NCBI GenBank assembly: GCA_903944345.1
Contig: CAJARJ010000016.1
Span: 89,852 to 153,851 of the forward strand
Length of the DNA stretch: 64,000 nt
From: Candidatus Omnitrophota bacterium
GTDB taxonomy: Bacteria; Omnitrophota; Gorgyraeia; Zapsychrales; Fredricksoniimonadaceae
Direction of reading: 5' to 3'
The translations under genes and the position numbers were made by a program. Under the pieces are notes generated by a model. It had not been told where the DNA came from. It was given only the letters and a program-made list of their open reading frames with translations, and did not search any database. Of this stretch, positions 23,310 to 32,851 are shown one piece after another; within the stretch, counting starts at the first letter, position 1; each line of letters begins with the position of its first letter.

Positions 23310-23849
23310 ATGTCAAGAATTGGTAAAATACGTTTAGTTATTCCCAAAGAAGTAAAAGTTAACATTTCGGCGACTCAGGTTTCATTGGAAGGTCCCAAAG
23401 GTAAGTTGACTTTACCTCTGCCTTACGGGATCAAATTGGAGCAGAATGATCAAGGACTAGGTGTTTCTCGTCTTAATGACGCCAAACAAAACAAGTCTAA
23501 TCATGGAACCATCAGATCTTTGATAAAAAACATGATCCTTGGAGTTTCCAAAGGGCATACCAAAGACCTTGAGGTTCAGGGGTTAGGTTTTCGTGTTGTG
23601 GCTGCGGGGCAGAAATTGACGTTCAATCTTGGTTTTAGTCATCCTGTTGAGTTTCAGGTTCCTGCCGGGATTAAAGTTCTGACCCCGAAACCAACCGAGA
23701 TCAAGCTTGAGGGCGCGGACAAATTTCTTCTTGGCTTAGTTGCTTCAAAGATTCGCGCTATTAAGCCCCCGGAACCATATAAGGGTAAAGGTATTCGTTA
23801 TGTCGGTGAAGTTGTCAAGCGCAAGCAGGGTAAATCAGTTACAAAGTAA
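23310..23849 (+). CDS. rplF: 50S ribosomal protein L6
   Basis: MSRIGK, PEPYKGKGIRY. Confidence 0.98.
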   Translation: MSRIGKIRLVIPKEVKVNISATQVSLEGPKGKLTLPLPYGIKLEQNDQGLGVSRLNDAKQNKSNHGTIRSLIKNMILGVSKGHTKDLEVQGLGFRVVAAGQKLTFNLGFSHPVEFQVPAGIKVLTPKPTEIKLEGADKFLLGLVASKIRAIKPPEPYKGKGIRYVGEVVKRKQGKSVTK

Positions 23850-23854
23850 GGTTT

Positions 23855-24220
23855 ATGAAAAATATTAATGAAATTAAAAGAGTATTTCGTCATAGACGCA
23901 TTCGTAAGAATATGTCCGGGACTACAGAACAGCCGAGACTTTGTCTTCATCGCAGTTCAAACAATTTAGTTGTTTCAATTGTTGATGATTCGGTTGGAAA
24001 AGTCATTATGGGGAAGTCGACCTTGGCTAAGGATATTAGGGCCTTAACCGATAATCATGGCGGAAACATAAAAGCGGCTGAATTCTTGGGTGAGGCATTA
24101 GCCAAAGAGGCTATCGCTAAGGGAATACGCAAAGTTTGCTTTGACCGTGGGGGCTATATGTATCATGGTCGGGTAAAAGCTTTTGCGGATGCGGCTAGAA
24201 AATCCGGATTGGAATTTTAA
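23855..24220 (+). CDS. rplR: 50S ribosomal protein L18
   Basis: FDRGGYMYHGRVKA. Confidence 0.97.
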   Translation: MKNINEIKRVFRHRRIRKNMSGTTEQPRLCLHRSSNNLVVSIVDDSVGKVIMGKSTLAKDIRALTDNHGGNIKAAEFLGEALAKEAIAKGIRKVCFDRGGYMYHGRVKAFADAARKSGLEF

Positions 24221-24225
24221 TATTT

Positions 24226-24885
24226 ATGGAAGATAAAAAACTAAATCAAAAGAGCAAGACCGAGAATCCAGCAAAGTCAGCGCCTGCACGAACCGGCAAG
24301 GAAGCAGAGATGGCTTCTGTCGATAAAGTTACCGGAAAGAAACTTGCATACTCCTCTGATACTCAGCGGCCACAAGGCTCTTCTTCTCAGGGACATCGTA
24401 AGGGTTCTCGTCACCAGAAGCCTGAAGCAGAATCGAGCGGGTTGATTGAGTCGGTCATACGTATCAGTCGTGTTGCTAAGGTTACTAAAGGCGGAACCAA
24501 AATGTCTTTTAGCGCCTTGGTGGTAGTTGGCGACGGGAAAGGTCGCGTGGGATACGCTTTAGGTAAAGCTGCTGAAGTAGCTATTGGCATCAAAAAGGGG
24601 ATGAATGCGGCTAAGAAACGCATGATTGAAATTCCTCGCCGCGAAACTACAATTCCTCATCAGGTTCAGGGGAAGTGGTGTGCTACCGAAGTTTTACTTA
24701 AACCGGCATCAGAGGGAACCGGTGTTATCGCTTCCGGTCCAGTTCGTGCAATTTGTGACGGAGCGGGCATCAAAAATATTCTGACTAAAGTACATCGCTC
24801 AAGCAATCCTCTGAATGTAGTTAAAGCGACCTTCGAAGGTTTGTCTCGTTTGAAGAAAGTCAATATTAATCAGGTTACTGAATAA
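24226..24885 (+). CDS. rpsE: 30S ribosomal protein S5 with long N-terminal extension
   Basis: RVAKVTKGG, PASEGTGVIA. Confidence 0.97.
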   Translation: MEDKKLNQKSKTENPAKSAPARTGKEAEMASVDKVTGKKLAYSSDTQRPQGSSSQGHRKGSRHQKPEAESSGLIESVIRISRVAKVTKGGTKMSFSALVVVGDGKGRVGYALGKAAEVAIGIKKGMNAAKKRMIEIPRRETTIPHQVQGKWCATEVLLKPASEGTGVIASGPVRAICDGAGIKNILTKVHRSSNPLNVVKATFEGLSRLKKVNINQVTE

Positions 24886-24893
24886 GGTTATAT

Positions 24894-25388
24894 ATGTATT
24901 TGCATGAATTGAAATCACCCAAAGGAGCCCGACGCCCTAAAATTTTGCGTGGACGTGGTCCTGCATCAGGGTTAGGTAAAACTTCCGGTCGAGGTGAGAA
25001 CGGTCAGCGTTCTCGCACAGGGCGTGGCATTATTCTTGGGTCTGAAGGCGGTCAAATGCCTTTGATCAGAAGACTGCCGAAGGTCGGATTTAATCCAAAT
25101 GATCCGGTTGTATATCAGTTGGTTCATGTTGGTGATCTTAATCGTTTTGATGCAAATACGCGTGTTGATATCAAAGCTTTGAAAGCTCTGAAGCTTGTTT
25201 CCAGCCTACGTAAGCCTGTCAAGATTTTATCTGACGGGGAGCTTACCAAGCCAGTTCAAGTAGTCGCTGACAAGTATTCCTCCGCTGCTTCTGCAAAAAT
25301 TGAGAAGGCTGGAGGCAAGGCTGAACTCGTGGCGGCTTCAGATGTTAAAGTTAAAAATAACAAGAAAGCTAAAAGCCAAAGTAAATGA
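24894..25388 (+). CDS. rplO: 50S ribosomal protein L15
   Basis: EGGQMPLIRRLPK. Confidence 0.97.
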   Translation: MYLHELKSPKGARRPKILRGRGPASGLGKTSGRGENGQRSRTGRGIILGSEGGQMPLIRRLPKVGFNPNDPVVYQLVHVGDLNRFDANTRVDIKALKALKLVSSLRKPVKILSDGELTKPVQVVADKYSSAASAKIEKAGGKAELVAASDVKVKNNKKAKSQSK

Positions 25389-26743
25389 TATCGCAATTCT
25401 TCAAAGCATTAACGACGTGTTTTAAAATTGAGGACTTAAGAAAAAAAGTCCTTTTTACTCTTTTTATTATTGCGGTTTATCGCATAGGATGTTTTGTTCC
25501 TACTCCTGGAATCAATGGAGCTGCATTGGCACGTTTTTTTGAAAAAATGGCCGAAACAACAGGTGGTGGCAACGTCTTTACGATCATGAATATGTTTTCT
25601 GGACGATCTTTGGAAAAGTTAACGATTTTCTCCTTAGGCGTTATGCCATATATTTCAAGTTCTATTATAATGCAACTTTTGACAGCTGTAATTCCTGCTC
25701 TTGAGAAGCTTTCTAAAGAAGGGCATGCCGGTCATCAAAAAATCAACCAATTCACCAGATACGGCACGGTCGGTCTTGCTTTAATTCAGGCTTTCTTTAT
25801 TGCTTTATGGCTTGAAAGTTCGCAGTCTTTCCAGGGCTTTCAAATTGTAAATGATCCTGGTTGGGCTTTCCGTTTGACGACTATGATTACTTTTACTACC
25901 GGAACTTTGGTCATCATGTGGCTTGGTGAAAGAATTCAAGACAAAGGCATTGGCAATGGAATGTCTTTGATCATTACTGCTGGTATTTTGTCTTCCGCGC
26001 CTGCTGCTGTCGAGCAATTGTTTCTCCTTTTGTCGCCCAATTCGGCCGCTGGAGCTCAATTAGCGCCATTGACAGTGTTGCTTATGTGTTTTTTCCTTGT
26101 TTTTGTTATTTTCTCTACGACTTTAATTATTCAGGCGCAGCGGAGAATCCCTGTGCAGTATGCACGCAGATCAGTTGGCGGCGGAAGCAGCACCCAAAAT
26201 TCTTTTATTCCTTTAAAGGTTGATACTGCAGGCATAATCGCCATTATTTTCGCTCAGTCAATATTGCTTTTCCCGGCTACGATTGCCAGTTTTGTTCCTT
26301 CCCAGACATTTCAGCATTTCACTGCAGTTTTAATGAGGGGCCATTGGCCTTATTACACCCTTTACGCTGGACTCATTCTTTTCTTTTGTTACTTTTATAC
26401 TGCCATTGTTTTTAATCCTGTGGATGTCGCAGAAAACATGAAGAAACATGGCGGATTCATTCCAGGAGTTCGTCCTGGGAAGCATACCGCAGATTATCTT
26501 GACTATGTTCTGACACGTATTACTGTAGTGGGTGCTTTATTTATGTGTTTTATCGCAGTTATGCCGGATTCCATAATGGCCGCTGCTCGAGTTCCGTATT
26601 TGGTGGCTTCTTTCTTTGGTGGAACTGGAATATTGATTACTGTCGGTGTTATTCTAGACACAATGAAGCAGATGGAGTCACATTTGCAGATGCATAATTA
26701 CGAAGGTTTTATGCAATCAGGTCATTTAAGGGGGAGACGATGA
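25385..26743 (+). CDS. secY: Preprotein translocase SecY
   Basis: LGVMPYISSSII, GIGNGMSLII, IPGVRPG. Confidence 0.98.
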   Translation: MISQFFKALTTCFKIEDLRKKVLFTLFIIAVYRIGCFVPTPGINGAALARFFEKMAETTGGGNVFTIMNMFSGRSLEKLTIFSLGVMPYISSSIIMQLLTAVIPALEKLSKEGHAGHQKINQFTRYGTVGLALIQAFFIALWLESSQSFQGFQIVNDPGWAFRLTTMITFTTGTLVIMWLGERIQDKGIGNGMSLIITAGILSSAPAAVEQLFLLLSPNSAAGAQLAPLTVLLMCFFLVFVIFSTTLIIQAQRRIPVQYARRSVGGGSSTQNSFIPLKVDTAGIIAIIFAQSILLFPATIASFVPSQTFQHFTAVLMRGHWPYYTLYAGLILFFCYFYTAIVFNPVDVAENMKKHGGFIPGVRPGKHTADYLDYVLTRITVVGALFMCFIAVMPDSIMAAARVPYLVASFFGGTGILITVGVILDTMKQMESHLQMHNYEGFMQSGHLRGRR

Positions 26744-27396
26744 TAGTAGTACTGCTTGGTGCCCCAGGTGCAGGAAAAGGGACTTTGGCTTCTGCTTTAA
26801 AAGATCAACTTAAGGTACATCATATTTCTACGGGCGATCTTATCAGAGCTGAGATTAAAGCCGGATCCCAGATTGGTCTAGAGATTAAGAAGTGTGTTGA
26901 AAGTGGCGCTTTGGTTTCTGACGAGATTGTCACTAGAATGATTAAGGGCAAGATAGATTCCTCTGTGGCCGACAAGTGTGGTTATATGTTTGATGGTTTT
27001 CCCCGCACGAATGCTCAAGCGGCGGATTTGGACAAAATCCTAAAGGGCCATGGTCTTTCTGTTGACTTCGCATTATTGATGGAAGCTTCCACAGATGTCG
27101 TTCTTGCGAGATTAACTGGACGTCGTGTTTGCAAAGCTTGCGGTGCACTTTATCATTTGACCAACATGCCTTCCAAGGTTGCTGGTATTTGTGATGCCTG
27201 CGGCGGCGAGCTATATCAACGGGCGGATGACAATAAAGAAACTATTTTGAATCGTATGACCGTCTATGCTGAAAGCACAAAACCGATAATTGATCACTAC
27301 AAGTCGCAATCCAAGCTTCGGGTTATTAATGCCGACAAGGGGGCCGAGGCTGTTCGACAGGAAATGTTGAAGATACTTGATGAAAAGAAATCCTGA
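26740..27396 (+). CDS. adk: Adenylate kinase with Zn-lid
   Basis: GAPGAGKGT, DGFPRT, CKAC...CDAC. Confidence 0.97.
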   Translation: MIVVLLGAPGAGKGTLASALKDQLKVHHISTGDLIRAEIKAGSQIGLEIKKCVESGALVSDEIVTRMIKGKIDSSVADKCGYMFDGFPRTNAQAADLDKILKGHGLSVDFALLMEASTDVVLARLTGRRVCKACGALYHLTNMPSKVAGICDACGGELYQRADDNKETILNRMTVYAESTKPIIDHYKSQSKLRVINADKGAEAVRQEMLKILDEKKS

Positions 27397-28138
27397 CATC
27401 AGGATTAAAACTCCTGAAGAATTAATTCTTCTTCGTGAAGCTGGTAGCATTCTTGCGCAGATTTTTGTTTCTTTGAAAAGTTCAGTCAAGGCGGGAAAGT
27501 CCACTGCAGAGATTGATTTGTTAGTCGAAGAGCTTATTAAGCGCAATGACGTTCTTCCTGCTTTTAAAGGTTATCGTGGATTTCCGAATTGTTCGTGTAT
27601 TTCCGTTAATGAACAAGTTGTTCATGGTATACCTGGGAAGCATCTTTTAAAAGACGGCGATATTGTCAGTGTAGATATTGGCATTGTTTATAAAGGTTTT
27701 TATTCTGACATGGCGGTTACTTTCGGGGTAGGTGTATTGGACTCTTCTGCCCAGAAATTGCTGGATGTTACAAAGCAGGCTCTTTTAAAAGGAATCGCAG
27801 AAGCTTTTCCCGGGAATTATTTGGGAGATATATCTTCAGCGATTCAGAAGTATGTTGAATCTCGCTCATTTTCAATAGTAAGGGACTTTGTAGGACACGG
27901 GATTGGTCGTCAATTGCATGAAGATCCGGAAATCCCCAATTATGGCAGTCCTAAAACCGGACCTTTATTAAGATCCGGAATGGTTTTTGCAATAGAGCCG
28001 ATGGTAAATATGGGCAAGCCCGGCACTAAGACTTTGAAAGATGGTTGGACAGTGGTTACAGTAGACGCCAAGCCATCTGCTCATTTCGAACATACTGTCG
28101 CAATAACTGATTCCGGACCGGTTATACTTACGGATTGA
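27380..28138 (+). CDS. map: Methionine aminopeptidase type I
   Basis: VVHGIP, GHGIG, AIEPM, HFEHT. Confidence 0.97.
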   Translation: MKRNPDIRIKTPEELILLREAGSILAQIFVSLKSSVKAGKSTAEIDLLVEELIKRNDVLPAFKGYRGFPNCSCISVNEQVVHGIPGKHLLKDGDIVSVDIGIVYKGFYSDMAVTFGVGVLDSSAQKLLDVTKQALLKGIAEAFPGNYLGDISSAIQKYVESRSFSIVRDFVGHGIGRQLHEDPEIPNYGSPKTGPLLRSGMVFAIEPMVNMGKPGTKTLKDGWTVVTVDAKPSAHFEHTVAITDSGPVILTD

Positions 28139-28141
28139 AAA

Positions 28142-28360
28142 ATGGCAAGAGAAGATTTGATAGAAGTTGAAGGAACCGTACAAGAAGCTTTGCCAAACGC
28201 AATGTTTCGTGTCACACTGGATAACGGACATTTGGTACTGGCGCATGTTTCCGGTAAAATGAGAATGCATTTTATTCGAATTCTTCCAGGAGACAAGGTA
28301 AAAGTGGAGCTTTCTCCGTACGATTTGGCTCGTGGACGTATAACATACAGGAATAAGTAA
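28142..28360 (+). CDS. infA: Translation initiation factor IF-1
   Basis: [15 protein letters not shown]. Confidence 0.98.
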   Translation: MAREDLIEVEGTVQEALPNAMFRVTLDNGHLVLAHVSGKMRMHFIRILPGDKVKVELSPYDLARGRITYRNK

Positions 28361-28361
28361 A

Positions 28362-28475
28362 ATGAAAGTCAAGTCATCGGTAAAGAGAATTTGCGGTAAG
28401 TGCAAGATCGTAAGGCGCCAACGTGTTGTGCGCGTGATCTGCGATAATCCTAAACATAAACAAAGACAAGGATAA
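28362..28475 (+). CDS. rpmJ: 50S ribosomal protein L36 (37 aa, not in ORF track)
   Basis: [37 protein letters not shown]. Confidence 0.97.
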   Translation: MKVKSSVKRICGKCKIVRRQRVVRVICDNPKHKQRQG

Positions 28476-28481
28476 GAGGTT

Positions 28482-28859
28482 ATGGCCAGAATTCTAGGTA
28501 TCGACCTCCCCAGAGAGAAAAGGGTAGAAGCTGCATTGCCTTATATTTATGGCATCGGCTTGACCCGCTCACAACTGATTCTTGCTGAGACCAAGATAGA
28601 TCCGAACACTAGGGTCAAGAATCTGACTGAGGAGGAAGTTTCAAAGATCGTAGCTTTTATACAAAAAAATTATATGGTTGAAGGTGATCTACGCAGAGAT
28701 ATTCAGCAGAATATCCGTCAGCATATGGATATGGGATCGTATCGTGGCCTTCGCCATCGTAAAGGCCTTCCTGTTCGTGGGCAGAGAACTCGTACCAATT
28801 CCAGGACGCGTAAAGGGCGTAAGCAAACGGTCGGCGGAATGAAGAAGAAGGCAGAATAA
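28482..28859 (+). CDS. rpsM: 30S ribosomal protein S13
   Basis: [12 protein letters not shown]. Confidence 0.98.
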   Translation: MARILGIDLPREKRVEAALPYIYGIGLTRSQLILAETKIDPNTRVKNLTEEEVSKIVAFIQKNYMVEGDLRRDIQQNIRQHMDMGSYRGLRHRKGLPVRGQRTRTNSRTRKGRKQTVGGMKKKAE

Positions 28860-28874
28860 TAGAGGGGTTGAATC

Positions 28875-29312
28875 ATGTCGAAAGTAAACAAGCAGGCTCC
28901 CGCTCAAGCGGTTAATACAAAGACTGCTACAAAAAAAGCAAAAGCCAAGAAGAAGTCACTAAAAGGGATTACGACTGGCATGGTCATGATCAAGGCAACT
29001 TTCAATAACACGATTGTGACTGTTGCAGACAAGCAGGGGAATACCATCGTTTGGGCAACACCCGGAGTGGTTGGTTTCGCAGGTTCAAAGAAATCTACCC
29101 CGTTTGCTGCTCAGGTTGCGGCGGCTGAAGCAGCCAAACGTGCCAAAGAATTAGGCATTGATACAGTTGATGTATTGGTCAAGGGGCCTGGTTCCGGTCG
29201 TGAATCTGCTATTCGAGCCATTGCGGCAGCAGGTATCCAGATTCTTTCGATTCGGGACATTACGCCGATACCGCACAATGGTTGCCGGCCACGTAAGAAA
29301 CGCAGAGTATAA
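28875..29312 (+). CDS. rpsK: 30S ribosomal protein S11
   Basis: [18 protein letters not shown]. Confidence 0.98.
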   Translation: MSKVNKQAPAQAVNTKTATKKAKAKKKSLKGITTGMVMIKATFNNTIVTVADKQGNTIVWATPGVVGFAGSKKSTPFAAQVAAAEAAKRAKELGIDTVDVLVKGPGSGRESAIRAIAAAGIQILSIRDITPIPHNGCRPRKKRRV

Positions 29313-29335
29313 AATAGAAAAAGAGGTTTTGATCC

Positions 29336-29944
29336 ATGGCACGTTATACAGGTCCTCGTTGCAGGCTTTCCAGAAGAGAAGGTGTTAATCTCGGACTTAA
29401 GAAGAAATGGTCACTCGAAAAGCGAGAGACTGCTCCGGGTCAGCACGGCCTTAGACGCGGCAAACTTTCTAACTACGGTTTGCAGTTAAGGGAAAAGCAG
29501 AAAGCCAAGCGTATTTATGGAATTCTTGAAAGACAATTCAAGAATTACTATTTAAAGGCTACTGCAGCCAAAGGTGTTGCTGGTACTGTTCTTTTACAGC
29601 TTTTGGAAACTCGTTTAGACAATGTTATTTATCGTTTAGGCTTTGCCATCACACGTGCCCAGGCACGTCAGATGGTCGGTCATGGTCTGGTCAGGGTCAA
29701 CGGGAAGAAAGTGAATATTCCCTCTTTCACTGTCAAAGCAGGTGACTTACTGGCCTTTGCCCAGAAAGAAGCAGTTACGAAATATGTCAAAAAGAATCTT
29801 GAGATGAACGAAGGCTGGGTTGTTCCTGAATGGTTGATTGCAGACAAGGACGGAAGCCAGGGTAAAGTAGTGCGGGTTCCTTCACGTGAAGATATCTCAG
29901 TTCCTCTTTCTGAGCAGCTGATCATAGAATTGTATTCCAAATAG
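29336..29944 (+). CDS. rpsD: 30S ribosomal protein S4
   Basis: PGQHG, LETRLDNV, IIELYSK. Confidence 0.98.
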   Translation: MARYTGPRCRLSRREGVNLGLKKKWSLEKRETAPGQHGLRRGKLSNYGLQLREKQKAKRIYGILERQFKNYYLKATAAKGVAGTVLLQLLETRLDNVIYRLGFAITRAQARQMVGHGLVRVNGKKVNIPSFTVKAGDLLAFAQKEAVTKYVKKNLEMNEGWVVPEWLIADKDGSQGKVVRVPSREDISVPLSEQLIIELYSK

Positions 29945-29987
29945 TATTTTCAATATACGGAAATCTTTTAAAAATAGGAGCATATTC

Positions 29988-30983
29988 ATGGGAGTTAAAT
30001 GGCGTGATTTTCAGATGCCCAAGCGGTTAGATTGTGAAGAGACGACCTATACAGATCTCTACGGCAAATTCGTCGCGGAGCCATTTGAACGTGGATACGG
30101 CATTACTTTAGGAAATTCATTAAGACGTGTGCTTTTGTCGTCGATTGAAGGCAGTGCGGTCACATCAATCCGTATAGACGGGGTTCAGCACGAATTTTCG
30201 GCAATTCCGGGTGTGCGTGAGTCGGTGGCTGATATTATTCTGAATATCAAAGAGCTGGTTATCCGTTCGCATTCCAAGGTGTCCAAGAGTGTTTTTATCA
30301 AAGCGAGCAAAAAAGGCGACATCACAGCCAAGGATATTATTGCCGACGAGACAATTGAAGTTCTCAATCCTGATCATCATATCTGTACATTGACCCAGGA
30401 TGTTGATTTTAATATGGAGCTTGAGGTCTGCCGTGGCAGAGGTTATGTTCCTGCGGAATTAAACAAAAAGGATGGCGCTGCACTGGGCACTATTGCAGTT
30501 GATTCTATTTTTACCCCGATCGAGAAAGTCAATTTGTTCTCGGAGAATACGCGTGTCGGACAACGTACGGATTATGATCGTTTAATCCTTGAAATAACCA
30601 CCAATGGTGCCATTGATCCCAAGCAGGCTTTGTTATATGCCGCTAACATTCTGCAGCGCCATCTGGATGTCTTTGTTGCCTATGGTCAGCTTCCCGAGGA
30701 AGAGGAAGAAGAGGAAGAGGTTTCTGCAGAGGAAGAGGCTGTGTATTCCAAGCTTCGCCTGCCGATTTCTGAGTTGGAGTTATCGGTTCGCAGTTCAAAT
30801 TGTCTTAAAGAGGCGAATATCAAAACCATCTCTGATCTTGTTCGCAAGACCGAAGAAGAGTTGCTTAATTTCCGTAATTTCGGGAAGAAATCGCTGACTG
30901 AAATTGACGAGATTCTCAAGACGATGGGGATCACCCTCGGGATGAAGGTCGATATGAAAAAGTTAAGAAAGAAGAGCGAGTAA
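29988..30983 (+). CDS. rpoA: RNA polymerase alpha subunit
   Basis: PFERGYGITLGNSLRRVLLSS, LSVRSSNCL. Confidence 0.98.
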   Translation: MGVKWRDFQMPKRLDCEETTYTDLYGKFVAEPFERGYGITLGNSLRRVLLSSIEGSAVTSIRIDGVQHEFSAIPGVRESVADIILNIKELVIRSHSKVSKSVFIKASKKGDITAKDIIADETIEVLNPDHHICTLTQDVDFNMELEVCRGRGYVPAELNKKDGAALGTIAVDSIFTPIEKVNLFSENTRVGQRTDYDRLILEITTNGAIDPKQALLYAANILQRHLDVFVAYGQLPEEEEEEEEVSAEEEAVYSKLRLPISELELSVRSSNCLKEANIKTISDLVRKTEEELLNFRNFGKKSLTEIDEILKTMGITLGMKVDMKKLRKKSE

Positions 30984-30986
30984 TCT

Positions 30987-31541
30987 ATGAGACATGGTCT
31001 TTCAGGAAATAAATTCGGACGGAATCAGAAGCTGCGTCAGGCGACTGTCCGTGATTTGGCAAAAGCACTTTTGACCCATGAGAGTATCCAGACGACGCAA
31101 GCCAAAGCATTGGAAGCTCGCAAACTGGTCGAGAAGCTGATTACAAAGGGCAAAAAGAATACATTAGCGGCCAAGCGTCAAGCGTTCGCCGTTTTGTGCG
31201 ATCATAACTTGGTTAGCAGACTTTTCAATGTTGTTGCTCCCTTGTTTGCCAGCCGTCAGGGCGGATACACCCGGATATTAAAGTTTGCGTTAAATCGTCC
31301 CGGTGATAATGCGCGTATGGTCTTGCTTGAGCTTACAGAGAAGTCACCGGTTTCTTCGGAAACCAAGGAAGTTGTGGCTGGAGGTTCCAAGAAAGTTGAA
31401 GATGCCACTCTGGTTGAGAGCGCACCTGCTGTCAAGAAACCAAAAGCTGTTCGTGCAAAGCCAGCAGCCTCGGTGAAATCTGAAGACAAAGTCGAAAAGA
31501 AAACAGTTCGCGCGAAAAAAACGGATAAAAAAGAGAAGTAG
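30987..31541 (+). CDS. rplQ: 50S ribosomal protein L17 with Lys-rich C-terminal tail
   Basis: MRHG, GGYTRI; ~65 aa extension. Confidence 0.97.
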   Translation: MRHGLSGNKFGRNQKLRQATVRDLAKALLTHESIQTTQAKALEARKLVEKLITKGKKNTLAAKRQAFAVLCDHNLVSRLFNVVAPLFASRQGGYTRILKFALNRPGDNARMVLLELTEKSPVSSETKEVVAGGSKKVEDATLVESAPAVKKPKAVRAKPAASVKSEDKVEKKTVRAKKTDKKEK

Positions 31542-31570
31542 AAAATTTTTATTCTGTTAAGATAATACTC

Positions 31571-31601
31571 ATTCCTTTACGGCTAACTGGTAGCCAGGAA
31601 T
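31571..31601 (+). promoter_or_regulatory. Bulged hairpin that can pair alternatively with the downstream terminator
   Basis: attcct(ttac)ggcta-actgg-tagcc-aggaat. Confidence 0.5.
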
Positions 31602-31610
31602 AATTCAAGA

Positions 31611-31650
31611 TATAAAAAGTGGCTAGGTAAATTCCTGGCCATTTTTTATA
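31611..31650 (+). terminator. Intrinsic terminator after rplQ and before aspC
   Basis: aaaaagtggctagg-taaatt-cctggcca-tttttt. Confidence 0.8.
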
Positions 31651-31671
31651 ATTAGTAATTAAGGTGAGGTT

Positions 31672-32835
31672 ATGTTCAGAATTAATTCTCGTGTTTTACA
31701 GGTTGCAGGTTCGACTACTCTTGCTATTACAGCCAGAGCGAAAGAGTTGAAGGACCAAGGTAAAGATGTAGTTAATTTCGCGGCTGGTGAGCCTGATTTT
31801 GATACACCGGAGCATATAAAAAAGGCCGCGGTTGATGCCATCAAAGAGGGCTATACCAAATACACGCCCTCTAGCGGAGCGGAAGACCTTCGGATAGCTA
31901 TTTGCGATAAATTCAGGAAAGATAATGGCATAGAATACAAGCCCTCCCAGGTCGTTGTCGGGTGCGGCGCAAAACATTCGATTTTCAATGCCATTATGGT
32001 TTTGTGTGATGTTGGCGATGAAGTTATTATCCCTTCGCCTTTCTGGGTCAGTTATCCTGAAATGGTCAAACTTGCCGGAGCTACTCCAAAGTTTATTTTT
32101 ACCACTCAGGCTTCAGGGTTCAAGATTTCCGCGCAGCAGTTAAAAGAAACGGTTTCTTCGAAGACCAAAGTTCTTATTCTTAATTCGCCATCGAATCCGA
32201 CTGGTTCTGTATATTCAAAAAAGGAATTGGCAGAAATTGCGGATGTTTGTCTGCAAAAAAATGTCTTTGTTATTTCCGATGACATTTATGAGAAACTTTT
32301 GTATTCTGACGAACCTTTTGTGTCTATTGCATCTCTGGGGAAAGATATTTACAATCAGACCATCACGGTTAATGGTGTTTCCAAAGCTTATGCCATGACC
32401 GGATGGCGTATCGGTTATGCTGCCGGACCGCTTGATGTCATGTCATACATGAAAAATCTTCAGGATCACTCCACATCCAATCCGGCATCGATCAGTCAAA
32501 GAGCGACATTGGCTGCATTGCGTTCGTCTGAAGAGACGGTTGCGGCCATGCGTGCAGAGTTTATGGCTCGACGCGATCTGATGATGTCACTGGTCGACGA
32601 GATTCCTGGCGTTTCTTATGTCAGGCCTGATGGGGCTTTCTATCTTTTTTGTGATTTCAGAAAATTTGGTTCCAGTGCGGATTTTGCCAAGCGAATTCTT
32701 GATGAAGAGTATGTTGCATTGATTCCGGGAGACAGTTTCGGGGCGGAGGGCTATCTGCGTCTGACTTTTTCCACATCGCAGGAGCGTATTCGCGAAGGAT
32801 TGCGCCGCATCAAGCGCATGACGGAAAAATATTGA
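31672..32835 (+). CDS. aspC: Aspartate aminotransferase (class I PLP enzyme)
   Basis: GEPDF, NSPSNPTG, SKAYAMTGWRIG. Confidence 0.9.
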   Translation: MFRINSRVLQVAGSTTLAITARAKELKDQGKDVVNFAAGEPDFDTPEHIKKAAVDAIKEGYTKYTPSSGAEDLRIAICDKFRKDNGIEYKPSQVVVGCGAKHSIFNAIMVLCDVGDEVIIPSPFWVSYPEMVKLAGATPKFIFTTQASGFKISAQQLKETVSSKTKVLILNSPSNPTGSVYSKKELAEIADVCLQKNVFVISDDIYEKLLYSDEPFVSIASLGKDIYNQTITVNGVSKAYAMTGWRIGYAAGPLDVMSYMKNLQDHSTSNPASISQRATLAALRSSEETVAAMRAEFMARRDLMMSLVDEIPGVSYVRPDGAFYLFCDFRKFGSSADFAKRILDEEYVALIPGDSFGAEGYLRLTFSTSQERIREGLRRIKRMTEKY

Positions 32836-32851
32836 TCTTCTGGGGGCTGTT

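Noticed and set aside
30695-30740. GAG/GAA repeat tract in rpoA
   Set aside because: Encodes the acidic linker between alpha NTD and CTD; not a repeat element
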